The notes beneath the pieces were generated by a model. It was given only the letters and a program-made list of their open reading frames with translations, was not told where the DNA came from and made no database searches. A stretch of DNA of 64,000 nt from Minisyncoccota bacterium. Its GTDB lineage: Bacteria > Patescibacteriota > Minisyncoccia > UBA6257. Positions 39,041 through 48,825 of this stretch are shown here, in pieces (position 1 is the stretch's first letter; every line of letters starts with the position of its first letter). A program made the translations under genes and the position numbers. Where the stretch lies: the NCBI GenBank assembly GCA_028695015.1, contig JAQVJR010000001.1:180498-244497 (forward strand), given 5' to 3'.

Positions 39041-39721
39041 ATGATTCAATTATTAATTTATCAACCTCTGTACAATATTTTAACTGTTTTCCTAAATATC
39101 TTTCAGGGCGAATTAGGATGGGCGATTTTAGTTTTAGCAGCTTTAATTCGTTTTATTATTTGGCCTTGGCATCAAAAAGCAATGGATAATCAAAAAAAAA
39201 TATCTCAATTACAGCCAAAAGTCAAAGATATTCAGAATAAATACAAGCAAGATCCAGTAAAAGCCAATCAAGAAGTGATGAAGATATTTCAGGAAGAAAA
39301 CGTTAGCTTAGGAGGGGCTTATATTTTTTTGATCACTCAGCTCTTTATCTTTTTAAGTTTATTTGCATTTTTTAACCAAGCCATTAATAGTGATTGGTCC
39401 TCATTTCTTTATCCATTTATTAAGTTAAATACGGAAATAAACTATTTATTTCTAGGATTAATTGATTTAAAAATGCCTAGTTTAATTTTAGCTATTGTAT
39501 CTGCTTCTTTAAATTCAACCTTAGCTTTTTCTCAATCTTCAGTTGGGCAAAACAAAACGATGATGCTTCTTTTGCCTTTTATTATCTTGCTTTTTTATCA
39601 AAAATTCTCTGCAGTTGTTATTCTTTATTGGATAGGTTTTAGCTTAGTTAATATTTCACAAGAGTTTTTTATGAAATCCAGGAAAAAACAAGACATTGCT
39701 ACAAGTAATAATAAAATCTAA
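39041..39721 (+). CDS. yidC: Membrane protein insertase YidC (short form)
   Basis: LGWAI, LQPKVKDIQNKY, LYW motifs and synteny. Confidence 0.92.
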   Translation: MIQLLIYQPLYNILTVFLNIFQGELGWAILVLAALIRFIIWPWHQKAMDNQKKISQLQPKVKDIQNKYKQDPVKANQEVMKIFQEENVSLGGAYIFLITQLFIFLSLFAFFNQAINSDWSSFLYPFIKLNTEINYLFLGLIDLKMPSLILAIVSASLNSTLAFSQSSVGQNKTMMLLLPFIILLFYQKFSAVVILYWIGFSLVNISQEFFMKSRKKQDIATSNNKI

Positions 39722-39737
39722 TAAAGTTTTTATTTAA

Positions 39738-40211
39738 ATGAAAACAATAGAAATTAAACAATTTTTAGAAAATATTTTATCTATTATTGGGTTTTCAGAT
39801 TTTGAAATTAATATTCAAGAAAATCCTCAAGATAATTTAATACAAGTTTTTTTAAAAACTGATTCTCGAATTGATGACAGTGGTTTATTAATAGGTAGAG
39901 ATGGAGAGAATTTACAAGTTTTTGAATATCTTTTAAACATGTTTGTAAGAAAAAACGCCACAGAGATACAATGGCGTATTATTTTAGATATTAATAATTA
40001 TCGGGCAATTCAAGAAGAGAAATTAAGAGAATTTGCTAGGAAAATAGCTCATCAAGTAGCTTTAACTAATCAGATAATGGAATTACCTCCAATGAGAGCT
40101 CGAGACAGGAGAATTATTCATTTAGAAATTGCTTTAAGGAGTGATGTTATCACTGAAAGCATTGGTGAAAACAAAGAAAGACATATTGTAATTAGGCCTC
40201 AAGATAAATAA
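39738..40211 (+). CDS. jag: Jag/KhpB-like KH-R3H RNA-binding protein
   Basis: LIGRDGENL (KH) and RRIIH (R3H). Confidence 0.9.
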   Translation: MKTIEIKQFLENILSIIGFSDFEINIQENPQDNLIQVFLKTDSRIDDSGLLIGRDGENLQVFEYLLNMFVRKNATEIQWRIILDINNYRAIQEEKLREFARKIAHQVALTNQIMELPPMRARDRRIIHLEIALRSDVITESIGENKERHIVIRPQDK

Positions 40212-40219
40212 TTTTTTTA

Positions 40220-41080
40220 TTAAGAACAAAAGAAGGCTCCACCAGTTTTACAATTAGGCATATTAATCTCAAGATGAAAACCACTTCCATATTGAGATCC
40301 TTCTGGGGAGTATTCATCTATAACATCAAAGCCAGATGCATTAGCAGCTTTAATAAAGGCTGTTCTTGTTGTAATGCCTGGGTCTTTACCAAATCCCACA
40401 TCAACACAAGTACCAATTTTATGACAATTTGATACATGATGAACTGTGGTAATGCATTCATTTCCAATAACTGAGACACAAGCTTCTGTGACCTGCCATC
40501 CCTTTGGAGCATTACTATTAACTAATTTTAATAAACTTTCAGCAACACTTTCTTCAATATAAGCTCCATTAGGAAATTCCCAACTCAATGGGATATTAGA
40601 ATATTTTCCAGAACCTGCTCCAATTAAAACAAAATCACCTACAATTACCGGCAATTGTTCCGTTTCTATTGGTGGCTTAACTGTTGTTGGTTTTGGCTCA
40701 GGTGTTGTTTTGAGAAGATTTGGATTAATTGTGTTTAGGATAAGCCAAAAAGAAAACAATAAAACAATTCCAATAAAAGTATTAATAATTCTTTCCTGGG
40801 CTTCTTTTTGTTGTTCAACATTTCCACCAGCAGTAAGATATTGAAATCCAGCATAAATAATCATAATAAAAGCGAATAATCCAGCTAATCTAAAAGCCCA
40901 TAGAACTAGGTATTTAACTAACTCTTCTATTGCATTTTTAGTTTGAAATTCAATTACCTCATAAGAATTAGTGACAGCTTCAACAACTAATCCTTGGCTA
41001 AAATTTAAACAACAAGCGAATACAATCAATAACAGAGTGATATTCTTAAAATTACAATACTGATTTAAAGACAGAAACAT
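40220..41080 (-). CDS. VirB2/TrbC-like pilin with C-terminal putative M15/Hedgehog-fold metallopeptidase domain
   Basis: AFIMIIYAGFQYLTAGGN...A...I....IG..LL...WLILNTINP pilin pattern; H-x6-D (HKIGTCVD) and FHLE motifs. Confidence 0.75.
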   Translation of the reverse strand: MFLSLNQYCNFKNITLLLIVFACCLNFSQGLVVEAVTNSYEVIEFQTKNAIEELVKYLVLWAFRLAGLFAFIMIIYAGFQYLTAGGNVEQQKEAQERIINTFIGIVLLFSFWLILNTINPNLLKTTPEPKPTTVKPPIETEQLPVIVGDFVLIGAGSGKYSNIPLSWEFPNGAYIEESVAESLLKLVNSNAPKGWQVTEACVSVIGNECITTVHHVSNCHKIGTCVDVGFGKDPGITTRTAFIKAANASGFDVIDEYSPEGSQYGSGFHLEINMPNCKTGGAFFCS

Positions 41081-41088
41081 TTATTGTT

Positions 41089-41991
41089 TTATTTAAATTT
41101 TAATATTTGTCCTGGTTTAAAAAATCCAGGTAAACCAACCTCCCATTCAAAAAATCGAAATGTAGGCACAGGTATTGTTTGCACCAATTCTTCTACAGTT
41201 TGTTTTGTTGAATAAGCACCTAAAGAAGCTAATAACTCTTTTAGGATTATGGGGCAAGCTTGACCAATAGCCATGGAAACAGGAACTCCTAATCCCCAAG
41301 GAAGAGCAGTAGCTGCATTTGATAACATTCCACAAATCCAATCAACATCTAAACCAACGCCTAATAAATCTAAGAACTTATCCTGAACTAAATCACCTAT
41401 ATCACCAAATTGAAGTGCTGCCTCAAGAAAATCTGAACGCAAGTTTTCAGGAATTGGCGATCCTTGATTGATAACATTTTTTAATATGTTTTTATCAGTA
41501 ACAGAAAAATTACCTTTATCTGCTATTTTATTAAAATATCCTTGTAGCTTTTCTGGAATGTCTTTTCCTTTTTGAATAACATCTTCTACTTCATCATATA
41601 ATTCTGTTGTAATCCCAGAAACATCTGCCAAGTCTTGTAAGGTTTTAATATTTTTAGCAGCTTCAGTTTGAGCAGCAGATTGCTCTACTGAGCCCACAAT
41701 ATAAACAGGTTGTGCTTCGCCTCCACCACAACCACATCCTGGATTTAAAGGCAAAGGGTCAGTAAGAGCTGGAGATTCTCCAGAACATTTATTCTTACAG
41801 AGAGCTTTACAAGTATATTCTCCATTTTCATCATCTCGATAACATTCTTTGGTTTCTGAATTACAAGAATAACGAGCTTGGGAAGCAGCCAAAGCTTCTT
41901 TGGTTATTAATAAGTTCCAAAAAAACAAATTCACAACAAACACAATTAGAAAAAATACAGATATCTTATTATAAAAATTTGTTTGTTTCAT
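41089..41991 (-). CDS. Exported Cys-containing hypothetical protein of the secretion locus
   Basis: Signal peptide; YSC..C..GEY.C..C..C module. Confidence 0.75.
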   Translation of the reverse strand: MKQTNFYNKISVFFLIVFVVNLFFWNLLITKEALAASQARYSCNSETKECYRDDENGEYTCKALCKNKCSGESPALTDPLPLNPGCGCGGGEAQPVYIVGSVEQSAAQTEAAKNIKTLQDLADVSGITTELYDEVEDVIQKGKDIPEKLQGYFNKIADKGNFSVTDKNILKNVINQGSPIPENLRSDFLEAALQFGDIGDLVQDKFLDLLGVGLDVDWICGMLSNAATALPWGLGVPVSMAIGQACPIILKELLASLGAYSTKQTVEELVQTIPVPTFRFFEWEVGLPGFFKPGQILKFK

Positions 41992-42021
41992 ATTTTTATT
42001 TATTTATTTTTAAAATTATTT

Positions 42022-42444
42022 TTATGCTTTAGAAGATTTTTTAGTAATTTTTTCAACAACTCCTTGTGATAAATAAGCAAAAATAACAGTTCCAGTGGTA
42101 ATTGGCAAAATACTAGCAATAGGCAATAAGTCTATTAATTGACCACTTAGGATTAATTTTGTTCTCATGCCAGTGATAATACTAATAAATAATATATAAG
42201 CGGAAAAAGGAAGAGCTATTAACCAAACAAAAAACTGAATTCCTGGAATTAAGCCCAAAACTACTTCTATAATATCCTTCATTATAGCAGGGATAAGAAG
42301 CAAAAGAAAGATAATAATATCCATCTTTTTTTCCTTTGGCTTTGTTTCTGGTGCTTTCTCTTCAGGGGAGGTTTCTTTTTCCTCAAGTCCTGTTGGTTGT
42401 TGTTCTATCAAAGATTCTTCTTTATTTGGTGTTTGTTCTGTCAT
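42022..42444 (-). CDS. Small membrane protein adjacent to the VirB4-like gene
   Basis: Acidic N-terminus, hydrophobic core with DLLPIASILPITT. Confidence 0.75.
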   Translation of the reverse strand: MTEQTPNKEESLIEQQPTGLEEKETSPEEKAPETKPKEKKMDIIIFLLLLIPAIMKDIIEVVLGLIPGIQFFVWLIALPFSAYILFISIITGMRTKLILSGQLIDLLPIASILPITTGTVIFAYLSQGVVEKITKKSSKA

Positions 42445-42454
42445 TAATATTTAA

Positions 42455-44251
42455 TTAAGACTCAGATTTTAATTGCTTTTTCGCTTCTTTAATAGCTAAA
42501 AGCTGAGCAGGATTTGAAGTGATAATTTGGTCCTCAGCATAAGAAGCTACAATTTGAATAGCCGCATGTTTTTCTTGGGCAAAAAATAAACCAGTGCCCA
42601 CAGGAGATTGCAAGAGAATTGTTTTTTCTTGCTCAGTAAGATTTAAAGCTTTACCGATTATTTCTATATTTGCTGGAGATTGGCGAAGCAATAATGACAG
42701 GGAAGAATTAGTAATAATAGGTTTACCATAAGGAGAAGCCAAGGCATCTTCAATGTCTTGAGTAATAAAGGTAACTCCTAAATAATATTTTCTAGCTCTT
42801 TTTATTAAACTAAATAAGAAAGAAGCACTTTCCTCATGATTTAAGAGCCACCAACCTTCATCAATAATAGCAATTCTTTTTCTAAGATCTTTCTTTATCA
42901 TTGTCCAGATATAGTTCAAAACAACATACATGGCAATAGGTCTTAATTCATCTGCCAATTCCCTAATGCCAAAAACAACTAGTCGGTTATTAATATCAAT
43001 ATTTGATTGTTTATTAAGAAAACCAGCATAAGTTCCTTTAGTGAATTTATAAAGTTTAGCTGCTAAATCTTCTCCCCCCTCAATATTTTCAAGAACATTT
43101 TCTAAATCTTCCATTAAAGGTGGTGCTTTTTGTTCAGTCATGTTTTCAGGAAAAATATCCCGACTGGCATAAGTTTGAATAATGGCTTGATCTAAAATTA
43201 ATTCTTCTTGAGGGGTTAATCCGCCAAGCATTAATTTAATAAGTCCAATAAGACTCAAGACATGATTTCTAAAAACTTCTTCATTTGTTTCCTCTTCTTC
43301 TTTTACCAGAGGCAATTCAAAAGGATTAATATTATCTTCAGAAGCCACAGCAATATTAAAATAGCTGCCACCAATTGATTCAGCTAAATATTGATATTCA
43401 TTTTCCGGATCAATAATTAAAATATTAGTACCTAATAAAAGAGAGCGGAGAATTTCTAATTTAATAGCATAGCTTTTCCCAGCTCCAGTTTGAGCAAAAA
43501 CTACCATATTTGCATTTGGAAGAGAAAAGCGGTCAAAAATTATTAGACTATTATTATGGATATTAATGCCATAAAGAATTCCTTTATTATCTGAAAGATC
43601 TAAAGAAGAAAAAGGGAAAAGTGTAGATGCTGGTTGAGAATTTAAAGGCGTAGTTAAAAGCAATCTATTAACCCCAAGAGGCATAGTGCTTTCTAATCCT
43701 TCAAATTCTCTAAAAACAGCAGGTTTAGCATAAATAAGTTGTTGCTCTAATATGTTTCGGATTTTACTCTCTACTTTTGAAAGCCCTTCTTGGCTGTTAG
43801 AATAAAAAGTGATATAAACACCAACATCAAATAATCTCTCACTGCCTTGTTGAATTGTATCTCTTAATTTCTCAACATTAGATAAAGCTGCTTCTAATAA
43901 AGGATTACGAACTAATCCTCTTTCAGCTTCAATATTAATCTGAGCTTGAATTTCCGCAGATTTTTTCCTTAAATTTCTTAAAACTTTATTAATATCAAGA
44001 GGATGGAAAAAGATAGAAATATTAAAAGATTCATCAAGATTAACAATCGAAGAAAACCAATTAGAGGCTAAATAATCTGGATAAGTTAAAACAAAAAGAG
44101 TAGCACAATATTGCTCTCCTAATTTAAGGTAATTTGTGTTTATTTCTAATCCAGCTGGAGCAATTAAGTTCTGAAGTGTAGAAAAAGCTTCAGTATAAAT
44201 AGCTTCCTGAGGTTTTATTTGTTTTTTCCGTGAGAAGAAAGGTAATTTCAT
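42455..44251 (-). CDS. VirB4-like ATPase
   Basis: AQTGAGKS (Walker A), IIDPENEY, IIDEGW (Walker B), RARKY. Confidence 0.93.
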   Translation of the reverse strand: MKLPFFSRKKQIKPQEAIYTEAFSTLQNLIAPAGLEINTNYLKLGEQYCATLFVLTYPDYLASNWFSSIVNLDESFNISIFFHPLDINKVLRNLRKKSAEIQAQINIEAERGLVRNPLLEAALSNVEKLRDTIQQGSERLFDVGVYITFYSNSQEGLSKVESKIRNILEQQLIYAKPAVFREFEGLESTMPLGVNRLLLTTPLNSQPASTLFPFSSLDLSDNKGILYGINIHNNSLIIFDRFSLPNANMVVFAQTGAGKSYAIKLEILRSLLLGTNILIIDPENEYQYLAESIGGSYFNIAVASEDNINPFELPLVKEEEETNEEVFRNHVLSLIGLIKLMLGGLTPQEELILDQAIIQTYASRDIFPENMTEQKAPPLMEDLENVLENIEGGEDLAAKLYKFTKGTYAGFLNKQSNIDINNRLVVFGIRELADELRPIAMYVVLNYIWTMIKKDLRKRIAIIDEGWWLLNHEESASFLFSLIKRARKYYLGVTFITQDIEDALASPYGKPIITNSSLSLLLRQSPANIEIIGKALNLTEQEKTILLQSPVGTGLFFAQEKHAAIQIVASYAEDQIITSNPAQLLAIKEAKKQLKSES

Positions 44252-44262
44252 AATAGTATTAT

Positions 44263-44952
44263 TTATTCATTAAGTTCTGAAGGGATAGGAATAGATTCTC
44301 TTTCAAAAGTTTCTGGATTGTATAAATTAAAAAACAATTCTATCAATTCTTTAGTTGTTAAAGGTTGAGCTTGTAAGTTCATACGATTGAAATTATTTAT
44401 AACATTGCTTTGGCGAATCATTAGTTGCTGATAATATTGGTTAAATTCATCATTAGATAAAGAAAGAGTTTTAGAAAAAGCCTGATGTTTTAAATTAAGC
44501 AGGTTTTTATATGCCTCTACTATTTGTCCAAAAATGTCTTTTGGTTTAAGGATAATAGGATCATAAGGAATCACCACATAGAATTTTTTCTTCATAATAT
44601 TGCTTTCAGTAACTAATCCTTTAATAAAAGAATGATAGTCCTCTCCTTGTAATTTAAGTAAAGTATTTGTTTCTTGATTAATTTTTTCCTGAAGAAAATT
44701 TAAATAAGAAGCAATATGAACACGGCGTGAATGGGCAATAACTTCTAATGTAAAATCTAAGTTATTTAATAAATTACGCCAATTAGTTAAAATACTAAGT
44801 TGTTCTTGTTCTGATTTTAAATCTAAATTTATTCCAGAAACAGCTAAAACAGAACGCAAGGATCCGTTTTTTAATATAACAACTCCTTTTTTAATTTGAT
44901 GAATAGAAAGAAGTGATTGACTACTAAAACTTTCTTTTTGTTTTTGAGGCAT
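44263..44952 (-). CDS. VirB4-associated (TraC N-terminal-like) protein
   Basis: INLDLKSEQEQ, KKFYVVIPY and ELFFNLYNP motifs; lies between the prgI-like and virB4-like genes. Confidence 0.75.
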   Translation of the reverse strand: MPQKQKESFSSQSLLSIHQIKKGVVILKNGSLRSVLAVSGINLDLKSEQEQLSILTNWRNLLNNLDFTLEVIAHSRRVHIASYLNFLQEKINQETNTLLKLQGEDYHSFIKGLVTESNIMKKKFYVVIPYDPIILKPKDIFGQIVEAYKNLLNLKHQAFSKTLSLSNDEFNQYYQQLMIRQSNVINNFNRMNLQAQPLTTKELIELFFNLYNPETFERESIPIPSELNE

Positions 44953-44953
44953 T

Positions 44954-45352
44954 TTATTTATCTAAAATTTCAGTTAATTTTTGAAGGGTTTCTTTATCTA
45001 AAGATTTTTGAGTGGTCACTGTTTCACTTTTCTCATGTTTGGATGAAAGAACTTGAGAAGGTTTTTTTATAACTTGTTCTTTTTGCCAAAGATAATATTT
45101 TGGTAGCCAAAAATGACGAAAAGCAGATAGAATCAGAGCATAAATTGGTTGATTATGTAATTGGCCAAACGTAAGAAATAATCCAAATGGGGCTATAAAT
45201 GCAAAAACAATAAACCAAAGCCATAATTGTAAAATAAAAAACAAGATAACAAGAATAATAGCAAAACCTAATAAAATCCAAAGCTGGGTAAAGGTAACTA
45301 ATCCCATTAATTTAGTTTCTTCTTCTATAAATTTTGGTACTTGATAGGCCAT
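44954..45352 (-). CDS. PrgI family (VirB3-like) membrane protein
   Basis: YQVPKFIEEETKLMGLVTFTQ, two TM helices, PKYYLW. Confidence 0.85.
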   Translation of the reverse strand: MAYQVPKFIEEETKLMGLVTFTQLWILLGFAIILVILFFILQLWLWFIVFAFIAPFGLFLTFGQLHNQPIYALILSAFRHFWLPKYYLWQKEQVIKKPSQVLSSKHEKSETVTTQKSLDKETLQKLTEILDK

Positions 45353-45358
45353 AATTAA

Positions 45359-46396
45359 TTATGATGTTTTTCCAAAAGGACTTTCCTTTTTATACTTTTC
45401 ATATTGAACCGGCTTAGGATCAAATTCTTTTTCCTTTGATCTTTTTTTCATCTCTTGTAATTTAACATCCAGAACATAAGGTTTTTTATCAGGAGATTTT
45501 TGAATTGGTTTTTCACTTGTAAATTCTTCACCTCTACCTGTTAAAACAGTAGAAGGTTCTGTTTCTGGTACTTTCTTTCTTTCTAAAGGTTTTTCTTCTA
45601 CAGCTTCTTTATCTTCTTTTTTAGATTTTAAAACTTTTTTGATTTCCTCTACAATTTTAGGTTGAGCATCTTTTTTAGTTATGGCCTCTAATAGCTTATT
45701 ACGGATTTTTTCTTGCTTGATTAATGTTGTTTCTGGCACGGTAACTTTTTTAAGCTCTTCTATTTTATTTATTGGTTTTGTTACCTTAACTTCTGTTGGC
45801 TCAGGGGCAATGTATTCAGGAATTGGTTCAGGCTTAATGATTTCTGATTCTGGAATCCTTGCTTGAGGTTTTTCTGTTTGTGGCTTAATAGTTTTGGATT
45901 GAGGCATAGTAAATTTGTCTAAAGGTTCTTTTAGTGCCTCTGGCTTTATTTTTTCTGCAATAGATTGAATATCAATTTCTGTAATTTGATTTTTTTCAGA
46001 AAGTTCTTTTTTAGGCTTTTTTTCAAAACTACCCAAAGCTGGTGTTTTAAATTGTATTGGTGGTTTTTCTTGAGAAATGGTTGGTCTAGATTTAAACTGC
46101 AGTAAGTCTTTTTTGTATTGATCAAAGATTTTATCTTGAATTATCTGATTGATAATTTTTAAAGAAGAATCTTTAATTTTTAAATGAGATTTTAGTTTCA
46201 ATGCAAAGTCATCAGAGGAAATATTTAATAAAAGAACATCAGTAACAATTTCATTTAAGATAAATAGTTCCTCTTCATTTAAACCAGCAAGAGAGCCAGC
46301 ATCTTGGATAATAGAAATAACTTTATCAGAATAAAGGGCTTCTTGGAGAGATTTTGGCAAAACATCAAACTTTTTTAAAAACTCTTCTTTTTTCAT
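45359..46396 (-). CDS. Hypothetical protein with helical N-terminus and Pro/Glu/Lys-rich tail
   Basis: Long ORF overlapping the stop of the VirB6-like gene. Confidence 0.75.
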   Translation of the reverse strand: MKKEEFLKKFDVLPKSLQEALYSDKVISIIQDAGSLAGLNEEELFILNEIVTDVLLLNISSDDFALKLKSHLKIKDSSLKIINQIIQDKIFDQYKKDLLQFKSRPTISQEKPPIQFKTPALGSFEKKPKKELSEKNQITEIDIQSIAEKIKPEALKEPLDKFTMPQSKTIKPQTEKPQARIPESEIIKPEPIPEYIAPEPTEVKVTKPINKIEELKKVTVPETTLIKQEKIRNKLLEAITKKDAQPKIVEEIKKVLKSKKEDKEAVEEKPLERKKVPETEPSTVLTGRGEEFTSEKPIQKSPDKKPYVLDVKLQEMKKRSKEKEFDPKPVQYEKYKKESPFGKTS

Positions 46397-48789
46397 TCTT
46401 CTTTAAAAATGTTATCCCATGTTGAAGCATCAGATGTGTTTTCTAAATCAATGCCGCTTTCTTCTCTTAATGCCCGAGAATCTTTAATGTGTTTATTGAA
46501 TTTTGCTAATGTTGCAGGATCTCTCTTAATAGATTCTATGAAGAGTTTTTGTTTTTCCTCATCAAAATATTTTGGTCCTAAACCTTTCCAAAAAGCAGCC
46601 ATTTGTGAAGCTGAGAATTTTTTAACCAAAGATTGAAAAACTTTATCATAAGCTTCTTCCATGGCTTTTTCTGTTTCATGGGGCAACCAAGCTCCTTGCT
46701 CAATTGATTTTTGATATTCTTTGTCTATAGTTTTTTCAACAAAATCTTTTAATTGGGTTTTATCTTTTAATTTATCAGGTTTTAATGAAGTTAAGGTGGT
46801 TACCTTTTCTTCTATAGAATCTGGAGTGTTAATTAATCTTCCTCCTTCTACTCTAAATTCATGAGGGATTGCTTCAGTGATAGCTTTTTTATTAAACCTA
46901 ATATCATCTTTGTGAAGATTGATGAATTTTGTAGATTCATCTCCTAGTTCTCCCATTTCTGCTAATTTATTAACCAAAGCAATTCTTTTTTCATAGGCAT
47001 TTTTATCCAATGAAGATGGTAAAGGAGCTTTTTCGAGTTGCTTTAAGCTACCTAAGCTTATATTCTCTAAGCCTTTTTCATATTCTTTAACTCTAGTTGC
47101 CTTAGCTTTTTCTCCAGTTACTAGCATTTCTTGGCCAACACCTTTTAATAAAGGAACATGGGTTAAAGCTTCACCTGCTTTTTTATACATTCCAGTTTCC
47201 TTAATTCCCTTAATTGTTTTAGCTCCAACAAAGGCTCCAGCTAGCCATCCAGCTCGACTAACTTGTTTTTGAACAACTTTTCCCACAGCACCACTACTTT
47301 GAATAGAAACAATTAACCCTCCAATTAAAAACATAGAAAAGAGAACTATTTGAATAATCATTGTAATAATGCCCAATTTCTCCTCTTGGGCGCCAAGATT
47401 TGCAAGAAAAACATTCATTTCAGATACAACAACAAGCCCTGCATACAAGGAAACGGCAAAAGTAATAGGAAAAAGACACCATCTAGAAAATTGTCCCCAC
47501 CATAAATTCCAAAACTTTTCAGTGTTTGGTAACACCCATGCAGCAAAAGCAATAGGTGAAACAGCAAGTAAGATAATAATGAGAAAAGACCGAGCAACCA
47601 TAACAAAGAAAATAGCGATTAAAGAGATGAAAACAAATAATCCAATTATACCTAAAGCAGCGATAATAAGAAGGAAATTACCCCAAGAAAGACCCCAGCC
47701 TTTTGTGCTCATCTTAATGTCTTGTCCTTCTACAGTTATAGTTTTAATTTCAGCTTTATCATCATAAGCAAAATTATATTTTTTAACGCCTGAAATTTCA
47801 TTAGTAGCAAAATTATCCATAATTGCTTGAGCAATGTCTTTTTGGCCAGTTGCTTCTTGAGCTAGATTCAAAAATACATAAGTAGTAAATTGAGAAAGAT
47901 CCAGTAATATGCCTGGTAAAATCAAACTAAAGTTAATAAGTAAAGCAATAACTATTAATTTCCAAAGAATATCTTGCCAGCGATATTTTTTAATCCCTAA
48001 AATAGTCGCAATAGCTATAATTATTAAGATTAAAACAAGGGCTAAATTCATAAAATTTCTTAAGATGCTCCAAATTGCTACTACCCCAGGATTTTTAACA
48101 AATCCTCCATAAGTATCAGGGTTTAAAGCCCAAAGAATATTTCCTGTTAATGTATTAATCATTCCACCGATCATTTTTCCAAGTCCTTCAATAGCTCCTA
48201 TTTGAACCAAACAAGCTTTATGTGCCCACCAAGTATCGTTTGCGTTTTTGTCTGATAACCATCCGAAAATTTCAGCAAACCTGTTTTTTGGATTTTCATC
48301 CCCATAAAAAAGAGCATTACAAATTTTTGCAGCATTTGATTCTTGGGCTGTGCCAACTACATCTTCAACATATCCTTCTCGATGAAACTTATCAGTGGCA
48401 ATATTCATACAACACATTCGTGGTATATTACGAACTGGACCACAAAGCTCAGCTCCTTGTACTATTTCTTCTCCTGGAAGACAAGCGATTCTGCATATAT
48501 ATCCAGCTTGCTCACAAGCAGATTTTGATTTTAATTTTTGCTGATCTACCCATGATTCATAATTAAATTTCTCAGGGACACAGCAATTGGTATTTAAAAA
48601 ACTTCCTGTACAGGTAAGCCGTGACTCAAATTTTTCATCATCATTACATCCTGGTCGACATGTTCCCCCAGCTTCAGTGCAAGAATAAGCAGATGCTTGT
48701 AAATTATTGAATTTAAAAACAGGGCTTATTAATAAAAACAAAAGGATAGTGCCAAAAATCCCAATTTTAAATACATTTTTTATTTTCAT
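46393..48789 (-). CDS. VirB6/TrbL-like polytopic membrane protein with N-terminal Cys-rich modules
   Basis: W.ILRNFMN, LIVIALLINFS and AVSPIAFAAWVLPNT..W..W motifs; two six-Cys modules. Confidence 0.85.
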   Translation of the reverse strand: MKIKNVFKIGIFGTILLFLLISPVFKFNNLQASAYSCTEAGGTCRPGCNDDEKFESRLTCTGSFLNTNCCVPEKFNYESWVDQQKLKSKSACEQAGYICRIACLPGEEIVQGAELCGPVRNIPRMCCMNIATDKFHREGYVEDVVGTAQESNAAKICNALFYGDENPKNRFAEIFGWLSDKNANDTWWAHKACLVQIGAIEGLGKMIGGMINTLTGNILWALNPDTYGGFVKNPGVVAIWSILRNFMNLALVLILIIIAIATILGIKKYRWQDILWKLIVIALLINFSLILPGILLDLSQFTTYVFLNLAQEATGQKDIAQAIMDNFATNEISGVKKYNFAYDDKAEIKTITVEGQDIKMSTKGWGLSWGNFLLIIAALGIIGLFVFISLIAIFFVMVARSFLIIILLAVSPIAFAAWVLPNTEKFWNLWWGQFSRWCLFPITFAVSLYAGLVVVSEMNVFLANLGAQEEKLGIITMIIQIVLFSMFLIGGLIVSIQSSGAVGKVVQKQVSRAGWLAGAFVGAKTIKGIKETGMYKKAGEALTHVPLLKGVGQEMLVTGEKAKATRVKEYEKGLENISLGSLKQLEKAPLPSSLDKNAYEKRIALVNKLAEMGELGDESTKFINLHKDDIRFNKKAITEAIPHEFRVEGGRLINTPDSIEEKVTTLTSLKPDKLKDKTQLKDFVEKTIDKEYQKSIEQGAWLPHETEKAMEEAYDKVFQSLVKKFSASQMAAFWKGLGPKYFDEEKQKLFIESIKRDPATLAKFNKHIKDSRALREESGIDLENTSDASTWDNIFKEE

Positions 48790-48825
48790 GTTTTTAATAA
48801 TAAATTTGTATAATATTCAGTATTA

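Noticed and set aside
40220-48789. Integrative conjugative element
   Set aside because: No integrase, relaxase, coupling protein or flanking direct repeats were found, and the locus is embedded among core genes.
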